This document shows, piece after piece, positions 36,448 to 46,600 of a stretch of 64,000 bases of DNA. The number at the start of each line of letters is the position of its first letter. Positions within the stretch are counted from its first letter, which is position 1. Where the stretch lies: contig DASWAT010000193.1 in assembly GCA_036390995.1 (NCBI GenBank), positions 314-64,313 of the forward strand. Direction: 5' to 3'. Below the pieces are notes generated by a model. It searched no databases and was not told the DNA's origin. It worked only from the letters and a program-made list of their open reading frames with translations. The position numbers and the translations under genes were made by a program. The stretch is from Actinomycetota bacterium. GTDB taxonomy: Bacteria > Actinomycetota > UBA4738 > HRBIN12.

Positions 36448-37404
36448 GTGGAGCAGCAGCTTCGACTGGCAGCAGGCGATACGGTCGCACGCGATCTCGG
36501 GACCGATGGGCGCACGGAGGCATCGTCCCGCAGACGCGCCGAAGCTCTGTGGCGGGCGCTTCGGCCGCGCCAGTGGCTGAAGAACCTGCTGGTCGTCGCG
36601 GCGCCCGGCGCGGCGGGGACCCTGAGCCGGCCGGACGTGCTCGCGCACGTCGGCGTGGCGTTCGCGGTCCTCTCGCTCGTCGCGAGCGCCACCTATCTCG
36701 TGAACGACGTCGTCGACGCGCCGACGGATCGACGCCACCCGACGAAGCGCCTCCGTCCGGTCGCCGCGGGGGACCTGCCTCCGGCGGCCGCCCTGAGCGC
36801 CGCGGGAGTCCTGTTCGCCGGCGGGATCGGTCTCGGGACGACACTCGGCGGCCGGTTCATGCTTGTGGTCGCCTCGTACGTCGGGGTTACGCTCGCGTAC
36901 TCCGCATGGCTGAAGCGGGTCGAGGTCTTCGACATGGCCGCGGTAGCCTCCTGCTACGTGCTGCGAGCGCTCGCCGGGGCGGCCGCGACGAGCGTGGCCA
37001 TCTCGCCGTGGTTCCTCATCCTCACATCCTCGGCCGCCGTGTTCGTGGTGGCCGGGAAGCGCGCCGCCGATCGTTCGGCGCTGGCACGGCACGGGGAAGC
37101 ACGGCTGAACGGCAACGGCTCCGACTATCCGATGGCCTACCTCCGGTACGTCTGGATGCTTGCGTCGGGCGTGGCCGTGGCCGCGTACTGCCTGTGGGCG
37201 TTCGACGTGCCGCACCTCGTGGACGGCATCGCTTGGAGCCAGATCTCGATCGTCCCGTTCGCCCTCGGCGTGATGCGGTACTCGCTCCTCATCGAGCGAG
37301 GACGCGGCGGACAACCCGAAGAGGTCTTCCTGCACGACCGCTCGCTGCAGCTGATCGCCGTGCTGTGGCTGGCGATCTACGCCATGGGGATCTACACGTC
37401 GTGA
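36448..37404 (+). CDS. ubiA: Decaprenyl-phosphate phosphoribosyltransferase (UbiA family)
   Basis: ALRPRQWLKNLLV, YLVNDVVD, DRRHPTKRLRPVAAG and AGKRAAD. GGAGG RBS before GTG 36448 (alternative start 36364). Confidence 0.88.
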   Translation: MEQQLRLAAGDTVARDLGTDGRTEASSRRRAEALWRALRPRQWLKNLLVVAAPGAAGTLSRPDVLAHVGVAFAVLSLVASATYLVNDVVDAPTDRRHPTKRLRPVAAGDLPPAAALSAAGVLFAGGIGLGTTLGGRFMLVVASYVGVTLAYSAWLKRVEVFDMAAVASCYVLRALAGAAATSVAISPWFLILTSSAAVFVVAGKRAADRSALARHGEARLNGNGSDYPMAYLRYVWMLASGVAVAAYCLWAFDVPHLVDGIAWSQISIVPFALGVMRYSLLIERGRGGQPEEVFLHDRSLQLIAVLWLAIYAMGIYTS

Positions 37405-38801
37405 GGACGGCAAACCGGAACATGGACGGTGAGGCCCGCCCCGTCGCCGGATGGGGCCGCACGTCGCCCACGTTCGCACGGATCCGAACCGTGCGTGATG
37501 CCGACGACGTCGCCGAAGCTCTGGCCTGGGCGGGACCGCGAGGCGCGCTCCCGCGCGGTCTGGGCCGGAGCTACGGCGACGTGGCGCAGAACGCCGGAGG
37601 GTTGGTCCTCGACACGACCGGTCTCGCGGGTATCCAGGAGCTCGACCTGGAGCGGGGCACCGTCCGGGTGGGGGCCGGCACCAGCTTGGACCGGTTGCTC
37701 CGCGAGCTCGTGCCCCTGGGCTGGCTCGTCCCGGTCCTGCCGGGTACGAGGAACGTGACGGTCGGTGGGGCCATCGCGAACGACGTCCACGGGAAGAACC
37801 ACCACCGCGACGGCGGCTTCTGCGATCACGTCGTCGACCTCACGCTGGTCACCACCGACGGCGAGCGCCGAACCGTAACCCCCGCCGGCGACCCCGAGCT
37901 CTTCGCGGCGACGGCGGGCGGCCTGGGCCTGACCGGCGTCGTGACAGCGGCGACGCTCCACCTGCTGCCGATCCGGACGGGTTTCGTGCGGGTCGACACG
38001 GATCGGGCGAACGATCTCGACGACCTGATGGCGCGGATGGAGGAGGGCGACCACCGCTACCGGTACTCCGTGGCCTGGATCGACTGCCTGGCTCGCGGCC
38101 GGCACCTCGGGCGAGGCGTCCTGACCAGGGCGGACCACGCCGTCACGCACGAACTCGATCGTCGCCACGCCGGCGGCGACCCGTTGGCCTTCGCCCCTCG
38201 CACGGTCGGCGCCGTCCCTCCGACACCCCGGCTCGTCGGTCGCACCACGGTGGCGGCGTTCAACGAAGCCTGGTTCCGGCGAGCACCTCGGGAAGCGCGG
38301 GACCGGATCCGTCCTCTCGCGTCGTTCTTCTTCCCGCTGGATGGCGTGGCGGGCTGGAACAGGCTGTACGGCCGGCGCGGCCTGGTCCAGTACCAGTTCG
38401 CCGTCCCGTTCGGCCGGGAGCGCACGATCGCCAGCGCGATCGACCGGCTTTCCTCACGCGGATGCCCCTCGTTCCTCGCCGTGCTGAAGCGGTTCGGACC
38501 GGGGCGCGGGTTGCTCTCGTTCCCGATCCCGGGATGGACGCTGGCCCTGGACATGCCGGCCGCATACCCGGGACTCCGACGGGTCCTCGACGAGCTCGAC
38601 CTCCTGGTGGCCCAAGCGGGCGGACGCGTGTATCTGGCGAAGGACTCGCGCCTTCGCCCGGAGCTCCTCCGCGACATGTACCCGGAGCTCGACCGGTGGC
38701 GAGAGGTTCGAGGCCGTGTGGACCCCGCGCGGGTGCTGCGATCGGACCTCGAGCGGCGCCTGGCCCTGGGGACGGACGAACGGAGGGAGGCGAGCGTATG
38801 A
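37401..38801 (+). CDS. dprE1: Decaprenylphosphoryl-beta-D-ribose oxidase-like FAD oxidoreductase
   Basis: GWGR, RGLGRSYGDVAQN, PGTRNVTVGGAIANDVHGKNHH, YSVAWID, FLAVLKRFG, GWTLALD and YLAKD. Confidence 0.9.
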   Translation: MRTANRNMDGEARPVAGWGRTSPTFARIRTVRDADDVAEALAWAGPRGALPRGLGRSYGDVAQNAGGLVLDTTGLAGIQELDLERGTVRVGAGTSLDRLLRELVPLGWLVPVLPGTRNVTVGGAIANDVHGKNHHRDGGFCDHVVDLTLVTTDGERRTVTPAGDPELFAATAGGLGLTGVVTAATLHLLPIRTGFVRVDTDRANDLDDLMARMEEGDHRYRYSVAWIDCLARGRHLGRGVLTRADHAVTHELDRRHAGGDPLAFAPRTVGAVPPTPRLVGRTTVAAFNEAWFRRAPREARDRIRPLASFFFPLDGVAGWNRLYGRRGLVQYQFAVPFGRERTIASAIDRLSSRGCPSFLAVLKRFGPGRGLLSFPIPGWTLALDMPAAYPGLRRVLDELDLLVAQAGGRVYLAKDSRLRPELLRDMYPELDRWREVRGRVDPARVLRSDLERRLALGTDERREASV

Positions 38802-39559
38802 AAGACGGTCTGGGCTCGGTTCAGTCGGCGCTGATCCTGGGCGGCGGCTCGGACATCGGCCTGGCCACCGCGCGAGCGCTGGTCGCCGATCGGACCCGCG
38901 CCGTCGTGCTGGCCGGGCGCAAGCCAGAGCGGCTCGCCGCCGCCGCCGACGGGCTCCGTGCGCTGGGAGCGAGCCGGGTCGAGCTGTTGGAGTTCGACGC
39001 CGGCGAGTTCGAGCGGCACGAACAGGTGGTCGACGACGCCTTCGCGCTGACCGGGGATCTCGACCTGGCCGTGCTGTCCTTCGGGGTCCTCGGCGACCAG
39101 CGGGTGGCCGAGCGCGATGCCGCGGCAGCCATGGAGATCCTGCGGACGAACCACCTCGGCGCGGTCTCGGTCCTCATCGCGCTCGCCGAGCGCATGCGCT
39201 CCCAGGGGCACGGGACGATCGCCGTGCTGTCCTCGGTCGCCGGGGAGCGAGGCCGCAAGTCGAACTTCGTCTACGGCTCTTCCAAGGCCGGGCTCGACGT
39301 GTTCTGCCAGGGGCTGGGCGATCGTTTGCACGGGACGGGTGTGCAGGTCCTGGTGGTCCGGCCCGGCTTCGTGCGGACGAAGATGACCCGCGGACTGCGG
39401 CCGCCGCCGCTCTCGACCACGCCCGACGCCGTCGCCGAAGCGCTCGTGCAGGGCGTTCGCACGGGCGCCGACATGGTCTGGGTGCCCCGGCCCCTCCGGT
39501 GGGTCATGAGCGGCCTTCGCCACCTCCCCCGGCCGGTGTTCAGGAGGCTCGAGATCTGA
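38798..39559 (+). CDS. dprE2: Decaprenylphosphoryl-2-keto-ribose reductase (SDR)
   Basis: LILGGGSDIGLA, FGVLGDQ, SSVAGERGRKSNFVYGSSKAG and RPGFVRTKMT. Confidence 0.9.
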   Translation: MKDGLGSVQSALILGGGSDIGLATARALVADRTRAVVLAGRKPERLAAAADGLRALGASRVELLEFDAGEFERHEQVVDDAFALTGDLDLAVLSFGVLGDQRVAERDAAAAMEILRTNHLGAVSVLIALAERMRSQGHGTIAVLSSVAGERGRKSNFVYGSSKAGLDVFCQGLGDRLHGTGVQVLVVRPGFVRTKMTRGLRPPPLSTTPDAVAEALVQGVRTGADMVWVPRPLRWVMSGLRHLPRPVFRRLEI

Positions 39560-40791
39560 TGGGTCAACTGCAGCGGATCCGCCCCACACCGGGCGCGCAC
39601 GTCCCACGCGAGGATCGAGCACCCGAGGACCGCCGCAGACACCGCGCCCGGCGAGCCGTGGCCCTCGCGGTGGTGGCGCTCTTGATCCCGGTCGGGTGGT
39701 CCTACGCGAACGCGCTCACCGCGCCGGGGAGCGCACCCCTTGCCGCGCGGACGGTGGAGTGGATCAAGGACCACGGCGGCAGGGGCCTCGTGCTCTGGGC
39801 GGAGCGACTCTGGTACAGCCGGCACCAGCCGCCGGTGGGCGGGACGCCCGCCGGCGGCCTCCCGTACGCCGCACCCACGCCGGCATCGAGTCCCGTGGGC
39901 AAGGTGGCGGCCAAGGTGCCTCCGCACCTGGACCCGCCTGCGGACGTCGCCCCGATCGCCTCGAACCCGCTCCCACACGAAGGGGCGTGGCAGACGGTGG
40001 GACGAACGGCGGACGGGCTGCCCGCGATCCGGGTGGCGTTCCTCCGCCCCGATCCCGTGCACACGAGCCTGGTCGCGGGCGTGGCCTGGATGGACACACG
40101 CCTGCTTCGGGGTGCCCTGGTGGCCGGCACCCAGGTCCCCGGTGGGACCCTGTGGCAGCAGCAGTGGGGCGCCGAGGTTCCGAGGGCGCTTCGGAACCGG
40201 CTCGTCGCCACCTTCAACTCCGGCTTCCTCCTGCAGGACTCCCACGGCGGCTACTTCGCGAACGGCCGGACGTACGCGCCGCTCGAGGGCGGCGCCGCCT
40301 CCGTCGTCGTCTACCGGGACGGGACGGTGACGGTCGGCCGGTGGGGGCAGGACGTCACGATGAGCCCGATGGTCGCGGCCGTTCGCCAGAACCTCCACCT
40401 GATCGTCGACCATGGGCGGCCGGTCCCCGGGCTCGCGACCGACTCACTCCAGCAGTGGGGCGCGACGCTCGGCAACGCCGTGATGGTGTGGCGCTCCGGG
40501 CTCGGCGTGACGAGGGACGGCGCCCTCCTCTACGCGGGCGGGCCCGGCCTGTCGGTCGAGTCGCTCGCGAGCGTGCTGGCCCGGGCCGGCGCGGTTCGGG
40601 CGATGGAGCTCGACATCAACACGGACTGGGTCTCGTTCAACTACTACACGACCGCCCCCGCGTCCTCGTGGGGTGTTGGAGCGCACGAACTGCTCCCGAC
40701 CATGGTGCGTTCCGCCGACCGCTACCTCGTGCCGGACGAGCGCGACTTCTTCGCGATGTTCCTCCGGCCGAGGTTCGCGAAGGCCGGCTGA
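39559..40791 (+). CDS. Membrane-anchored phosphodiester glycosidase (NAGPA/DUF2233-like) family protein
   Basis: Single TM; ATFNSGF, VRQNLHLIVDHG, WRSGLG and AMELDIN; TGATG-coupled to dprE2. Confidence 0.75.
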   Translation: MGQLQRIRPTPGAHVPREDRAPEDRRRHRARRAVALAVVALLIPVGWSYANALTAPGSAPLAARTVEWIKDHGGRGLVLWAERLWYSRHQPPVGGTPAGGLPYAAPTPASSPVGKVAAKVPPHLDPPADVAPIASNPLPHEGAWQTVGRTADGLPAIRVAFLRPDPVHTSLVAGVAWMDTRLLRGALVAGTQVPGGTLWQQQWGAEVPRALRNRLVATFNSGFLLQDSHGGYFANGRTYAPLEGGAASVVVYRDGTVTVGRWGQDVTMSPMVAAVRQNLHLIVDHGRPVPGLATDSLQQWGATLGNAVMVWRSGLGVTRDGALLYAGGPGLSVESLASVLARAGAVRAMELDINTDWVSFNYYTTAPASSWGVGAHELLPTMVRSADRYLVPDERDFFAMFLRPRFAKAG

Positions 40792-40800
40792 GCGGTCGGC

Positions 40801-41514
40801 TCAGCCGTCGACGAGCTCGATCCGCATCCGCTTGAAACCCTTGCCCTTGCTCTCGGTCTTCACCACGCGGACCCGGCCGACCTCGCCTGTCGAGCGGACG
40901 TGCGTACCGCCGTCGGCCTGCTTGTCGAGGCCCTCGATGTCGATCACGCGGATGGGGTCGACGTGGTCGGGGATCAGGCTCACCTTCGTCCGGATCAGAT
41001 CGGGATCGGCCAGGGCCTCCGCGCGCGGCACGAAGCTCACGTGGACGGGACGGTCCCTAGCGAGCTCCTCGTTCAGCTTCTCCTCGACCTCCCGGCCGAA
41101 CTCCGCGCTGATCGCGTCGAGCTCGAAGTCCATCCGGGCGACGCCGGGCTCCATGTTCCCGCCGGTGACCTTCGCGCCGTAGTCCCGCCACACGATCCCC
41201 GAGAGCGCGTGGAGCGCCGAGTGGGTGCGCATGAGCGTGTGCCGGCGGTCCCAGTCGATCTCGGCCGACACGGCCGTGCCGGGAGGCGGCGCGCCACCCT
41301 CGACGACGTGAACGACCTCTCCGGCCCGCTTCACGGTATCGGTCACCCGGACCTCTCCTGCATCCCAGCGGAGCACACCGGTGTCGCCGGGCTGGCCGCC
41401 ACCCCGGGCGTAGAAGACGGTTCGGTCCAGCACGACGCCGTCGACGTCGGCGATGGTCACGACGGCCTCGCAAGCTCGGGCATACGCGTCGGTGATGGCG
41501 ACCTGCTCGGTCAT
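40801..41514 (-). CDS. alaX: Alanyl-tRNA editing protein
   Basis: LDRTVFYARGGGQPGD, MRTHSALHAL (HxxxH) and ADGGTH. Confidence 0.9.
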   Translation of the reverse strand: MTEQVAITDAYARACEAVVTIADVDGVVLDRTVFYARGGGQPGDTGVLRWDAGEVRVTDTVKRAGEVVHVVEGGAPPPGTAVSAEIDWDRRHTLMRTHSALHALSGIVWRDYGAKVTGGNMEPGVARMDFELDAISAEFGREVEEKLNEELARDRPVHVSFVPRAEALADPDLIRTKVSLIPDHVDPIRVIDIEGLDKQADGGTHVRSTGEVGRVRVVKTESKGKGFKRMRIELVDG

Positions 41515-41666
41515 CCCGGCAAGGGTACCGAAGCCCGCGGCCGTTTCCACCGGCGTGTTTGAGCTGGATGGGATCTCGCCCGATATCTTGCGCGCTGCTC
41601 CTTACGTGGTGGCCAGCCGCGGACGGAACCGAAAGGGGGCGCGATAACGGCCGGCCGCGCAGCTTC

Positions 41667-42224
41667 CTAGTCCGACCCGGACCCCTCGGCGGCCGGGGGG
41701 GCGAACGCCTTCTCGCCGGCGCGTATCGGCACCGAGAGCCAGTTCTCGCCGGGAGGGATCGGACAGCTCCACGCCTCGTTGTACGCGCAGTAGGGGTTGT
41801 ACGCGTCGTTGAAGTCGACCTCCACTGTCCCCGCCGCGTCCGGAGGCTCGACCTCGAGGTAGCGTCCGGCGCCGTAGGTATCCCTGCCCGACGTGGCGTC
41901 GCGGAACGGCAGGAACAGCTCGTGCTGCTCGGGCGACGCGTACAGCGTGACCTGCGCCGCCTGCCCGTCGATCTGGAAGCGCACGATGCCCGCGCGCCGG
42001 TACTCCTGCGTGCCGCCGGTCGAGGTCTGCATCACGATCGGCTCGTCCCGGTCCACGTCGGCGTCGAGGGGCGCCCGGATCACGATGGTCGGGTCCTCGG
42101 GGAAGTACGAGAGACCTTCGAAGGTCGCCCGCTGCTCCGGTGTCAGCGGGGACTGCGGATGGTGCCGGAAGAACTCGTCCTTGTCCCGCCGGAACTCGTC
42201 GCGCTCGCTCATCGCGTTCGGCAC
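41667..42224 (-). CDS. DUF1684 domain protein
   Basis: FEGLSYF, LPFRDATSG, TYGAGRYL and DFNDAYNPYCAYN..WSCPIPP. Confidence 0.9.
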   Translation of the reverse strand: MPNAMSERDEFRRDKDEFFRHHPQSPLTPEQRATFEGLSYFPEDPTIVIRAPLDADVDRDEPIVMQTSTGGTQEYRRAGIVRFQIDGQAAQVTLYASPEQHELFLPFRDATSGRDTYGAGRYLEVEPPDAAGTVEVDFNDAYNPYCAYNEAWSCPIPPGENWLSVPIRAGEKAFAPPAAEGSGSD

Positions 42225-42270
42225 AACCGTGGAGGGCAGGCCACCATTCCCGGGACCCGCGCCGTCCCGC

Positions 42271-43056
42271 TCAGCCGGTGCCGCCCAGGAAGACCGCGAC
42301 CTTCTCCACGATCGACGGGATGGCGGCGAACAGCGTCTCCTGGCTCTCGAACATCAGCAGCTCGGAGTCCGGCAGGAGGTCGTGCAGGATGTATCCGAGC
42401 TCGGCCGGGTGGATGTCGTCGCCCTCGATGCAGATCAGCATGGTCGGCGCGGTCACCTTCCGGAGCAGGTCGCGATCGGGCACCGGCCAGTCCTCGATCA
42501 CGCCGCGGATGGCCCGGGCGACGCCCTCGGGATGCTCGTGCGCCCACATCACCTTATCGAGCTCCATCTTCCACGGGGTCTGCAGGTACTCGGCCACCCG
42601 CTGAGGGTCCGAGACGATGGCCTCGAGCGCCTCTTCGGGCGTCTTGCCATCGAGTTCGTCGGCGAGCGACCGGTACCGATCCTTGAAGCCGAAAGGCAGG
42701 TCGAGACCGGCGGGGAGCAGCCACACCATCCGGTCGAACCGATCCGGCTCGCGGCACAGCAGGTTGGCGATGGCTCCGGCACCGAGGGATGTGCCCACCG
42801 CGCACGTGGCGCCGTAGGCGTCGGCGACGGCCTCGACGTCGCGGCCGAAGTCCTCGAACCGGTACCCGGCCTCGGGGGCGCTCGAGCGCCCGTGGCCGCG
42901 GAAGTCGAACCGGACCGCGGTCCCGGGGAGGAGCGGCGTGAGCGCCGCAAGCTCCCTGCAGTTGTTCGTGAGACCGTGCGCCACGACCGTGACCGGCTCG
43001 CCGTCCCCGTCGATCTCGACGTGGAGCGTGACGTCGTTCGTAACGACCTGCGCCAA
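42271..43056 (-). CDS. Alpha/beta hydrolase
   Basis: AHGL, FDFRGHGRS, GTSLGAG and DDIHP; GGAGG RBS before the TTG. Confidence 0.82.
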   Translation of the reverse strand: MAQVVTNDVTLHVEIDGDGEPVTVVAHGLTNNCRELAALTPLLPGTAVRFDFRGHGRSSAPEAGYRFEDFGRDVEAVADAYGATCAVGTSLGAGAIANLLCREPDRFDRMVWLLPAGLDLPFGFKDRYRSLADELDGKTPEEALEAIVSDPQRVAEYLQTPWKMELDKVMWAHEHPEGVARAIRGVIEDWPVPDRDLLRKVTAPTMLICIEGDDIHPAELGYILHDLLPDSELLMFESQETLFAAIPSIVEKVAVFLGGTG

Positions 43057-43128
43057 ACTCGGACCTCCACGGGCTCGGTGTTCGAGACAGCCTACGGCGG
43101 GCGTCTGGGTTGCGTCGCGCGAGCGCGG

Positions 43129-43662
43129 CTAGCGACCCCGGAGCGCCGCGAGAGCCCGCCGGGCCTGATCCAGGTGGAACCGGTCGTGCCCGGCGATCAG
43201 CCGGAACGACAGATCCAGGCTCTCCGGACCTCGCTCCGCATGCATGCCGAGGCGCTCGCGCTCGGCCTCCGTGGTTCGGCCCCAGAGCGCCAGGTTCGCC
43301 TGCCGGAGCACCCCGAACACGTCCAGCAGCTCGCGCGGGTGGTCCTGTCCGTGCCGCAGGCGATCCACCCAGAGATCCTGGTCGTAGCCGGTCAGCGGGG
43401 GCTCGTCGTGCGCGAGGATCCACCGGTACCGGCCGGCGCACACGATCTCGGCGTCGGTGGCGTGCCCGAGGCACTCGAGCACGGACCACTCCGTGGGCTC
43501 CGGGCGCACCGCGAGGAGGTCGCCGGCCTGGGACACGAGGTCCGGCCAGGCGGCCAGCGTGGCCGTCTGCACCTCAACGGGATCGTCGTCGCCGAGGAGC
43601 CCGAGCAGGTGCCGCTGGTACCCGCCGGGATCGTCGATCGGATCGGGCGTGGGGACGGTCAC
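43129..43662 (-). CDS. DinB family protein
   Basis: EWSVLECLGHATDAE, YDQDLW and AGHDRFHLDQ; GTGA-coupled to the upstream fusion gene. Confidence 0.85.
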   Translation of the reverse strand: MTVPTPDPIDDPGGYQRHLLGLLGDDDPVEVQTATLAAWPDLVSQAGDLLAVRPEPTEWSVLECLGHATDAEIVCAGRYRWILAHDEPPLTGYDQDLWVDRLRHGQDHPRELLDVFGVLRQANLALWGRTTEAERERLGMHAERGPESLDLSFRLIAGHDRFHLDQARRALAALRGR

Positions 43663-46600
43663 TCGGCGACCTCGCCGTCGGTCGATCCGAGCTCGGCCGC
43701 GCCGGCGTTCGGCGACGCGGCATCGACCATGTCGTCCTGCACCGCGAGCTGCTCCTTGATGGATCGCGCCCAGATGTAGATCGCCGCCGTCACCAGCAGG
43801 AAGACGACCCCGGAGCCGACGAGGATGATCCGGGCCCGATCGCCGCTCCACACGAGCGTGAGGACCAGCGCGGGGACGATCCAGCCGAGGTTGTACGCGA
43901 TGTCGAACAGGCTGAACCCGCGCCCCCGGAAGTCGTCGGGCAGCGCCTGCTGCATGATCGTGTCGGCCGCGATCTTGCCGATGAAGAACCCCAGTGCGCC
44001 GATGAAGACGATCGCGCTGTAGCCGACGATCGTCGTGACGCCACCGAACAGGATCACGCCGATCCCCACCGCTGCCATCGACGTCACCAGCAACTGATAC
44101 GGGGGCACACGGTCCTTCAGCTTCTGCGCCAGGACCATGCCGATCGCCGCACCGATCGCTCCGAACGCCCCGGCGATGGCCACGACCGTCTTGTCGGAGT
44201 CCGCGCCGGAGAGGAGATGACGCGCCTCCAGCGCGAACGCGAGTGTCACGAAGCCGAAGAACTCCATCCGCAGGGCCTGGAACCCCGAAAGGCCCAGGGC
44301 GGCAGCGGGGCGCCCGAACACCTCCCGCACGCCCCGGACGATGTCGCCGAGCACGCGCTTCGCCTCGTCCACGAACCGGGTCACGTGCCGCTCGTACTCG
44401 AGCCGTTCCACCCGATTGGCCATCACGCCGGCGGACCCGTAGAGGATCGCTCCCAGAACCGCCACGATCCACGCCGGGGCGAGCGCGGTCCCCACCAGGG
44501 CCACGCCGCCGCCGAGCACCTGGAAGATCGCGCCGCCCGCCTGCGACAGCCCGTTGGCCTGCAGGAGGTCCTTGCCGTGGACCACGGCCGGCAGGCCCGC
44601 CGACTTGATGGCGAGCAGGATCCGCGTGCACGCGAGCGTGACGAGCACGGCCACGATGAGTACGACGTCGGGCAGCGCGTCGCCGCCGACGAGCAGGGCC
44701 ACCGCGGTCAGCGCCACGACGGCGGCTCGGAACAGGTTCGAGCGCGAAAGCAGCTCCCGGCGGTCGTAGCGATCGATGAACGCGCCGACGAACGGGCTCA
44801 CGAGCGTGTAGGGCACGTACAGGGCCAGGACGACGCCGAGGAGATACCGTGCCGAGGGAGCGCTCGTGACGTCGAACCCCTTCTGCCCGCCGAACGCGAT
44901 GGACTTCGCGAGCGACGCCTGGACGATGCCGTCCGCCGCCTGCGCGATGAACTGCGTGGTCATGAGCGCGGAGAAGCTACGGTTCGAGAAGACCGCGAAC
45001 ATCTCGTCGAAGAACCGCGAGAACGCCGCGAACAGCCGATCCAACCTGGGCTTCGCCAGCCGCAGCATCACGGCGATCGCAACCGCGAGTCCGATCGTCG
45101 CCCATCCGTCGGCCGCGCCGAACGGGGCGCGATGGGCGGCCACCACCACGATCCCGGCGATGATCGTGAGGGCGATCGAGATACCGGGAACGAGCGCGAC
45201 CTTCGTCCACACGTCCTCCAGGTCGAAGAACCGAGCGGAGATCAACCCGGGTACCACGAGCAGCAGCGCGAGCGCGATCAGCACCCGGAGCGTGTGTCCG
45301 AAGTTGCCGAACACCCCCGGGTGGTTCGCGTAGAGCTCGGCCGTCTGCCGTTCGGCTGCGCGCGCGGCATCCACCACCGCCGGAGAGGGCGTAGCGAGGT
45401 TGGGACCCGTGACCACCGCCATGTCGTCGCTGATCTTGATCAGGTAGTCGGGGGCGGGCTGCTGGTCGAGGAGCGCGGTGTTGTCGGTGTTCCCGTTGAA
45501 CTGGCGGACCAGGAAGGCGATCGGTGGCTCCGGGTACTCCTTCTCGAGGGTCTGGAGCTCGCGGAAGAAGCCGCGGGACATCTTGTTGTAGGTGGGATCC
45601 GCGAGCTGCGTCGGCCTGTTGGCCAGGAAGTCTTCGACGCTGCCGAAATACGACATCGATCGTTCCACGGCGTCGCCGGGCAGCCCGGTGCGCGACACGT
45701 TCGTGAACGTCTTCGACCACCCGTACGACTGGTAGGTGTCGCCGAAGTTCAGGATGAAGACGATCGGATGACCGGGCGCGGACTCCACCACGGCGCTGGC
45801 TGCCGCGAGCGCCGTCCGGGTCGGCTGGTCGATCCACTGGTTGTTCGGGTCCGCCCACTGGGACGCGTCGCGCCCACGGACCCACACGAACGCCAGCGCC
45901 CCGACCAAGACGGCAACCCCAAGAGCTCCGAGCACGCGCCGTCCGCCCTCGCGCCCCAGCAGCCACCGGGCGGCCACCCATACCCCGAGTCCGACCAGCG
46001 GCATGACGGCCGCCGTGGCGTTCATGAACCGGTAGTACGGATAGGCCTTGCCCAGGAGGAACCCGAAGACGCCGAGCAGCGGCAGGAGCCACAGGGCGGA
46101 GATGGTGCCGAACCCGGACGCCGGGCGGCGATCCCTGCGTGCCCGGTAGACCACCCAGCCGATCCCCAGCAGGATGAGCGGGAACGTGATGGCAGGCTGG
46201 AGCGAGAGCACCCACTGGCCGAGCCGCTTCTCGAACACGGCCTGCGTGTACGGCGGGGGAAGCGCTGCGTCGGCCAGCGATCCCTTCACGCCCCACGGCC
46301 CCACCAGCCACGAGGCCAGGCCGAGGATCATCCCGAAGCCGATCGACAGCAGGCTCGGGCCGTCTCGCCGGAGCGTCTCCCCCAGTGAGAGCCGGCTGGT
46401 CACGAAGTGCAGCGCGAACACGGCCATGAGCGAGGCGCCGAAGATCACGCACGTGGTGGGATGGGTGTACGCGGCAACGATCCCGAGCATGAACAGCGCC
46501 GTCCGGGCACCCCACGACGTTCGCCCCGGCCGGTAGAACGCGAGGGTGAGCGACAGGATGTACAGGACCGCGATGTTGTCGAGGTAGCCCACGTACGGCG

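Noticed and set aside
41557-41647. Small GTG ORF (VFELDGISPDILRAAPYVVASRGRNRKGAR) or SRP-like RNA between alaX and DUF1684
   Set aside because: No SD, no family match, and no SRP helix-8 consensus pairing.
43110-46388. 1092-aa plus-strand ORF
   Set aside because: Antisense to the MFS fusion and dinB; no motifs.
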